Source: an uncultured Actinomycetes bacterium (GTDB taxonomy: Bacteria; Actinomycetota; Actinomycetes; S36-B12). From it: DNA of 52,260 nucleotides. The position numbers and the translations under genes are program-made. The notes beneath the pieces are model-generated. The model saw nothing but the letters and a program-made list of their open reading frames with translations, was not told where the DNA came from and did no database searches. Shown in pieces: positions 46,945 to 52,260 of the stretch; position 1 is the stretch's first letter, and the number at the start of each line of letters is the position of its first letter. The stretch covers positions 1 to 52,260 of the forward strand of contig CAIKZY010000076.1 of the NCBI GenBank assembly GCA_903832025.1, written 5' to 3'.

Positions 46945-48340
46945 TTCACGTCGTGCCCTCGCCACCCTGGCCGCGGGCATCGGTGCACTGCTCGTGGTCA
47001 GTGCGTCCATCATCGCCCCTGGCGCGGTGGCCGCGAACAGCCCACAGGACGATCCGGCACCGGCCTTGCCGCAGGTTGGCTCCACGACGACATTGGCTCA
47101 GGCCAGCAGTAGTTCGTTCCAGGCAATTGGCACGGCCCTGGCCTATGACTCAGCAAATGGGGACGGGCCAATGCAGCCGGGAACAGCGCGCATCGTGTCC
47201 TTGTCGGGTCTGCCCACCAATGCCCATAGTGCATTGATTCTCATGACGGCCCACGACGCATCAGCCGCCGGCGAGGTGACAGTGTCGCGCACGCCAACGG
47301 GTCGTGCTGTGGCCAAATTCGATTTCATTGGCCAGGCAACGAAGTCTGCGGTAATGCTCGTGCCGGTGTCTGAGGGCCACGTATTTCTCACAGACTCCAA
47401 GGCATCAAGTGTCAATCTGAAAGTGAATCTCCTGGGCTTCGGGCTCAGTGCTGCACCTCCGATGGCCCAGGGGCGACCGGCGGTCGCGTTGGCCCATGGG
47501 ATGTGGAAGGCAGGCACCGAGCAAACCGTGGCGCTGGCTCATCAGTACGGCACCCCGGGCGCGAAGAAACTGGTCGCTGCGTTGCTGAAGATCACCACGC
47601 ATCAGGCTGCAGCGCCCGGTGGCGTTCAGGTCTACCCGCTGGGCAGCACACCGCCCGGTCCGGTGGCACCCATTGTCAGTGGCCAGGAAACCTCGACAAT
47701 CGCCCTGGTGCCCACCGGGAAGGCCGGCCAGCTCAACATCAGCTCAACGGTCGATGCTCGCGTTCGCGTCGACCTGATTGGATACGTCGCCGACTCCGAG
47801 GCCCCGGCCACCAGTGCGGTGCCCGCACCGGCTGCCTCGGGCAGCGCTCAGCCGCCCGGTACGTCCCAAGCTCCGGCCACAGGGATGCAGCCACTGGCTC
47901 AGGTGGAGCAGGAAACCGGCGCGACCGGGCCTGCCGCAGTGGCGGTGCAATACGCCCTGTCCAAGATTGGTGATCGATACGTGGCGAGCACTGCCGGACC
48001 GGATACGTTCGACTGCTCCGGCTTGACGATGGCAGCCTGGGCAGCGGCCGGTGTCAAGCTGACCCACTTGAGTTACACCCAGTACGACCAGACGCAGCAC
48101 ATCGCCCTGTCAGCCATTCAACCTGGCGACTTGCTGTTCTACTTCGGCGGCGGCGTGCACCACGTGACGATGTATATCGGACATGGGCTGATGGCCAATG
48201 CCGCCAACCACATCTCAGGCGTGGTCATCACCGCGGTCTCGGAGGGTTGGTACATGGAGCACCTCGCCGGTGTTGGCCATGTCGATCCGTCCAACCCGGC
48301 TCCGAGTCCGTCACCGGCTGTGACCGCGTCGACCAAGTAG
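46934..48340 (+). CDS. Secreted NlpC/P60 (C40) cell-wall peptidase
   Basis: Signal peptide and two beta-rich repeats. C-terminal GPDTFDCSGLT, QPGDLLFY and HHVTMYIG. Start uncertain (46916 or 46934). Confidence 0.88.
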   Translation: MRRRSRRALATLAAGIGALLVVSASIIAPGAVAANSPQDDPAPALPQVGSTTTLAQASSSSFQAIGTALAYDSANGDGPMQPGTARIVSLSGLPTNAHSALILMTAHDASAAGEVTVSRTPTGRAVAKFDFIGQATKSAVMLVPVSEGHVFLTDSKASSVNLKVNLLGFGLSAAPPMAQGRPAVALAHGMWKAGTEQTVALAHQYGTPGAKKLVAALLKITTHQAAAPGGVQVYPLGSTPPGPVAPIVSGQETSTIALVPTGKAGQLNISSTVDARVRVDLIGYVADSEAPATSAVPAPAASGSAQPPGTSQAPATGMQPLAQVEQETGATGPAAVAVQYALSKIGDRYVASTAGPDTFDCSGLTMAAWAAAGVKLTHLSYTQYDQTQHIALSAIQPGDLLFYFGGGVHHVTMYIGHGLMANAANHISGVVITAVSEGWYMEHLAGVGHVDPSNPAPSPSPAVTASTK

Positions 48341-48673
48341 GAGCGATCCTGTCCTGAGCAGCGGGATTTCCTGATCGACACCGTGCCACTGCTTGGCCAA
48401 CGCCTGGTGCTGCATCGTTGGAACTCTCGTGGCCTGGGCGTTGGTGCACGTCACCGTGCGTGCTACCGATCCTGCGATCGTGAATCCATGACTGCATATC
48501 TCCTGCTGAGTATTACGGTCGCGCCTGCCACGCGACTCGTGAACTCCTGTGCTCGTGTCCGGGCATGCTGGCGGCGCAATCTGCTGCGTCAACTCGTGCG
48601 TGAGTGAAGCTGGCCTGGGCCACCAGCAGTGCAAGGCAGCGCCCCAGAGCCGCAGCACCCAAGCGCCAAGTCG

Positions 48674-49333
48674 CTAGTCGCGCAGGAGTTTGCGGTTGGC
48701 GATCAGGCCGAGGATGAAGGCGAGGATGACCGGGCAGAGCACGAGGATCCAACCCGCGCTGTCACCGACGCCTGCAATGTTGGCGGGATCGTCAGGGCAC
48801 ATGCCCGCCTGGCATTCGGGAATCACCGAGATCGCCACGATGAGCAAGTCAATGAAGGTCCAGAAGACGGTGGTGAACGCCAAGATGCGCATCCGGGGGG
48901 ATGCGTCGCGAATGCCACGGTCGTGGGCCAAGAGCGGGGTCTCCCACAGGAGCAGTACTGCGCAGCCGACGATCGCGATGATGAAGGTGATCAGCGCCCA
49001 CGTGTAGAGGTGGTATCCGGCGAATGCGGGGCCGTAGCCCGGGTCGCTCGGGGTATAGATATGCAGCAGCACCTGGCGGATGCTTCCTGCTGAGCCGGCG
49101 CACGCTGCCAGGATGCTCAGCGCGTAATGCCTGGCGCGAATTCCCCACCACAGGTTCATTGCCGGACCGATTGCCAGTCCGAACATTCCTGATCGTTGCA
49201 CCAGGCAGAGCGGGCACGGCTGTTCACCAACGCCGAACTGCAGGTGCAACGACCCGGCTAGCACTCCAAGCAAGGCAAGGAGCGCCAGGATGTTGAGCAG
49301 GCGTGAAATCGTGACGGAACGTTCGGTATTCAT
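48674..49333 (-). CDS. Disulfide bond formation protein, DsbB/DsbI-like
   Basis: EQPCPLCLVQR, RQVLLHI...PGYG, HLYTW and C-terminal ECQAGMCPDDP motifs. Confidence 0.85.
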   Translation of the reverse strand: MNTERSVTISRLLNILALLALLGVLAGSLHLQFGVGEQPCPLCLVQRSGMFGLAIGPAMNLWWGIRARHYALSILAACAGSAGSIRQVLLHIYTPSDPGYGPAFAGYHLYTWALITFIIAIVGCAVLLLWETPLLAHDRGIRDASPRMRILAFTTVFWTFIDLLIVAISVIPECQAGMCPDDPANIAGVGDSAGWILVLCPVILAFILGLIANRKLLRD

Positions 49334-49340
49334 CGCAGCC

Positions 49341-49490
49341 CTAGAAGTTCAGTGGGAGGGCCGAGGATATGTGCAACTTCAGCAGGACCAGCGTCCACAC
49401 CAACGTCACAATGACCAGTGCCGGCGTCCAACGCCACTTGAGGAAGATCCCGAGGAATGCGCCGATCCACAGCAAGAACATGGAGAACAT
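49341..49490 (-). CDS. Small 49-aa membrane protein upstream of the DsbB-like gene (DUF5993-like)
   Basis: Translated by hand: MFSMFLLWIGAFLGIFLKWRWTPALVIVTLVWTLVLLKLHISSALPLNF. Two TM; ends 7 bp before the DsbB-like start. Not in the ORF track. Confidence 0.7.
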   Translation of the reverse strand: MFSMFLLWIGAFLGIFLKWRWTPALVIVTLVWTLVLLKLHISSALPLNF

Positions 49491-50291
49491 CACGGGCAGC
49501 ACTGTAGTGGGGATTCATCGGTACTCGCGGCCGAACCACGGCGGAAATGACTGAGTGGCTCCCCGCACGTACCTGCGCTTGCCGCGAGCCCGAGCAATGT
49601 TCGGGCAGAGGCCGCCGACTCGCCGGTTCAGATCACAACGTGTCAACGCGTTCCGAATCAGGCGGTTCCCTCGACGGCGTTGGCATGTCCTGGAAGGTAT
49701 TCGCCAGCAGGCTCTGAGTCGCTAAGTGTTCCACGTACACCGGAACTACGGCGGGAGCCGCACGCTTCGTGCAGGACATCTTCAGTTCAGGAGCGGTCAC
49801 CCGTGCGACCACGGGCGCCAACAGCCAGATGACCGCCTTCAGATCGACCGGTGCGCGCTGCTGGCTTCCGGGGAAATGTGTGTTTCGCCACCACGGCGGG
49901 TTCTAGGACGGCCAGGTGAACGTGACTGTTTGGCCGGACCTGCTGACCCGTGGTGGAGAATCTGCCTCAGGGTCGACCACTCCCAGGCGAACGAGTAACT
50001 CGTACACGCCAATCTCGAGCGCAGCAGCGAGCGCTTCCAGTGCATCCACACGCGGACTTTGCAGGTGCCGAAAGATCCTCGACAGGTTTCCCTTGTCGGA
50101 CCCGCAACGGCTCGGCAGCCAAGCAGCGCGGATCGGTGCCGCTTCGGGCTAGCACGGTGGGCCCTGAAGCCAACTGTGAGCGATCAATATTTCGCGCGCC
50201 ACGTGGTAGCGGTTCGCCAATCTCGCACGTCCTGGGCACGAGCGGGACTACGGTGAGGAACATCGGGTGTGCAAACGACAGGAGCGTGAGC

Positions 50292-50636
50292 GTGAATCGT
50301 GCAGTGCTAGCAGGGACGGCCGTCTCGGCAGTTGCCTTAGCCGCGGTAGCGGGTGTCCTGTTCGCCGGCTCGGCGCAAGCAAGCCCTGCCGGTCCACCCG
50401 GATACAACCTGGTGCAGGTGCAGTCCTACGTGCGCAGCGGACCGACGGCTTCGTGTGATGCACCGCCGATGGTGTTGAGTACCTGGCAGTCGGGCTGGGC
50501 CGATCCGAGCAATCCCATTTCCGGTCCGACCTGGCATCCGTCCTATGAGCAGTGGCCGAATGGCAATACCGGGGGATGGACCTGCATCCGCGCCATCACC
50601 TGGGGGTCATTCGCCGCACTCGACATTCTCAATTAG
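50292..50636 (+). CDS. Small secreted protein, Cys/Trp domain (paralog 1)
   Basis: AGGAG RBS, signal peptide ending AQA, QSYVR...C...WHPSYEQWPNGNTGGWTC. Confidence 0.75.
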   Translation: MNRAVLAGTAVSAVALAAVAGVLFAGSAQASPAGPPGYNLVQVQSYVRSGPTASCDAPPMVLSTWQSGWADPSNPISGPTWHPSYEQWPNGNTGGWTCIRAITWGSFAALDILN

Positions 50637-50989
50637 GCGCAGTGAGCAGGCGTGATTGACGAGGGAGACACAATGAGCCGGACAAGTACGAGCCTGCTGG
50701 TATCCGGGGTGCTAGCTGTCGCCGCCAGTGCCGTCGTGACGGCAATGCCGGCCAGCGCCGGCAGATTGCCCGACAGTTCGCCAGGAACCGCGCTTGTGCA
50801 GGTGCAGTCCTACGTGCGCAGCGGACCGACGGCTCCGTGTGATGCACCGCCGATGGTGTTGAGTACCTGGCGGTCGGGCTGGGCCGATCCGAGCAATCCC
50901 ATTTCCGGTCCGACCTGGCATCCGTCGTATGAGCAGTGGCCCAACGGCAACACCGGGGGATGGACCTGCATCCGCGCTATCACCTGGGG
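50412..50989. repeat. ~194-bp near-identical direct repeat (50412-50605 and 50796-50989)
   Basis: The mature domains of the two paralogs align at a 384-bp offset with few substitutions. Confidence 0.9.
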
Positions 50990-51020
50990 CAGTTTTGCGA
51001 ATCTGATGCCGGCGGGCTAG
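50673..51020 (+). CDS. Small secreted protein, Cys/Trp domain (paralog 2)
   Basis: GAGGGAG RBS, a different signal peptide ending ASA, and a near-identical mature domain. Confidence 0.75.
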   Translation: MSRTSTSLLVSGVLAVAASAVVTAMPASAGRLPDSSPGTALVQVQSYVRSGPTAPCDAPPMVLSTWRSGWADPSNPISGPTWHPSYEQWPNGNTGGWTCIRAITWGSFANLMPAG

Positions 51021-51190
51021 CGCTGTGCCGCATCTTGAACGGCGATGCGCCATGCAGTCCAGGACAGGAAGCGACCTGCGCCGAAGGCGACTGGGTTAGC
51101 AGGGCGCTTTTGCCTGCACCACTGAATCCCACGGGCCCTCAAGGGATCTCGGAACGCTGTTGGGGATCACCGGTCGGTTGCGTACCTGGC

Positions 51191-51970
51191 TTACAGCGTT
51201 GATTGCTTGTTGCAGACGAACCCGCCGGCGCCATTGTTGGGCCACTGCGCCCAGCTGGGGTCATACCCACTGGGGCATGGGGCATCGACGGCAGCGCGCC
51301 CCACCGATTGCAACCAGGGCGTGCCCGTCGGGATCGCAGTTGAATCGGTGACCGGCACATCGGGGTAGTAGCGGTAGGTCTGCTTGTTGCAGACGAACCC
51401 GCCGGCGCCATTGTTGGGCCACTGCGCCCAACTGGGTTGCCAGCCGTCAGGGCATGTGCTTGCAGTGCTGTCACGCCCGATGGACTGGTACCAGATCGTC
51501 TTATCGGGATCTCCATCGGCAATGGTGAACGACATCACGCCGCCGACTTCCGTAGGCGTTGGCGCGGGATCGCCGTTTTGATAGACGGCAGAAAATGCCG
51601 CCATCACGTAATTACCGGGGGGTAAGCGAGTCGATCCGGTCAGGCCATACACCGGGGTGTCGGTGGTGATAACGGTGCTGGTCGAACCATCGGCAAGGAA
51701 GTCGAAGTACAGGCCATTTTGGTTGTTGCAGTTATCCGCCTGATCGAGGGAGCAGATGATCAGGACATCACCGACGGGAAAGCCAACGTTGTTGACGGTC
51801 TGACTGGTCGCGGTTCCAGACCAGGACACGGTCACGGCGGTGGTGCCAGATCCCGAGATCGTGATCGGTGCCGCAATGCACCCAGAGAGCCCGAATACCA
51901 GCGATGCGGACACCGCTGCCAGCAGTCCAGCCTTGGCCCAGGAGCGCCGCTTCCTCAGAAACCCGAGCAT
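51191..51970 (-). CDS. Lipoprotein/secreted protein with two C-terminal Cys/Trp (PSWAQW) domains
   Basis: Lipobox LSGC and two copies of PSWAQWPNNGAGGFVCNKQ. The 50-bp DNA repeats at 51204-51253 and 51381-51430 are identical. Confidence 0.8.
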   Translation of the reverse strand: MLGFLRKRRSWAKAGLLAAVSASLVFGLSGCIAAPITISGSGTTAVTVSWSGTATSQTVNNVGFPVGDVLIICSLDQADNCNNQNGLYFDFLADGSTSTVITTDTPVYGLTGSTRLPPGNYVMAAFSAVYQNGDPAPTPTEVGGVMSFTIADGDPDKTIWYQSIGRDSTASTCPDGWQPSWAQWPNNGAGGFVCNKQTYRYYPDVPVTDSTAIPTGTPWLQSVGRAAVDAPCPSGYDPSWAQWPNNGAGGFVCNKQSTL

Positions 51971-52140
51971 GCCCTCACTGTAGTCCGCCGTGGCGTCTCA
52001 GCCTCCCGTCTGGCGCTGGGCGTAAGAGTTTTACTCGGTAGAACGGATCAACTCGGTTGTGCGGAAAGCACGCCACGTATGCCGTCCGCCTCCTAGGCAT
52101 GAGGCATCGGACGACCTGTCAAAACTTACGCGTCCCTGGT

Positions 52141-52260
52141 TGGGACTGCCCCGAGTTTGGTTGCCTCCTGACCTGTGAGGATTCGTCCTCGCTGGAAGGA
52201 TGTTTGTCATGCCGAAAGCATTTCCGATCGAGTTCCGCCGCGATGTCGTCGCGGTTGCTC
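52141..52260 (+). mobile_element. Left end of an IS3-family insertion sequence (partial)
   Basis: TG-starting terminal sequence TGGGACTGCCCC... followed by an orfA-like start. The exact end is approximate. Confidence 0.7.
52209..52260 (+). CDS. IS3-family transposase OrfA, N-terminal fragment (runs off the window)
   Basis: MPKAFPIEFRRDVVAVA resembles actinobacterial IS3 OrfA starts. AAGGA RBS. Confidence 0.7.
   Translation, partial: MPKAFPIEFRRDVVAVA

Noticed and set aside
49700-49910. Possible degraded transposase fragment (GAARFVQD)
   Set aside because: The resemblance is too short and there is no supporting ORF or terminal repeat.
51050-51190. Possible structured ncRNA between convergent genes
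   Set aside because: Only fragmentary motif similarity and no downstream gene to regulate.
1-52260. tRNA, rRNA or integrase/att site
   Set aside because: None was recognised by eye in this window; a tRNAscan/Rfam run would be needed to exclude them formally.

Overview
High-GC, actinobacterial-type accessory DNA. The left end (about 0.1-5.3 kb) is a plasmid/prophage-like replication and partition module: 12-bp tandem repeats, parA plus a partner gene, a DnaB-like helicase and an HTH initiator-like gene with internal palindromic repeats. Mixed cargo follows: an azoreductase broken by one TAG, a GT4/hypothetical/GH130 trio, a GAF-LuxR regulator, an SDR, a polysaccharide deacetylase, a superinfection-immunity protein, an MMPL transporter, a stand-alone cytochrome b module and an acyl-CoA ligase. 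The main result is a ~15-kb lasso-peptide-type RiPP cluster (25.9-41.0 kb). It has three short precursor genes not called as such in the ORF track (37903-38747), a cyclase, B1 RRE, B2 protease, ABC exporter, two HPr-kinase-like kinases, two nucleotidyltransferases and four glycosyltransferase domains. It also has an RRE carrying its own leader-like tail and an RRE fused to a TylF/MycF/NovP-type sugar O-methyltransferase. The right part holds a ZIP transporter with a DtxR/IdeR box, a DEAD-box helicase, an NlpC/P60 protein, a DsbB-like pair, four exported proteins sharing an unannotated Cys/Trp domain, and the start of an IS3-family element. All family calls come from recognising motifs by eye; no searches were run.
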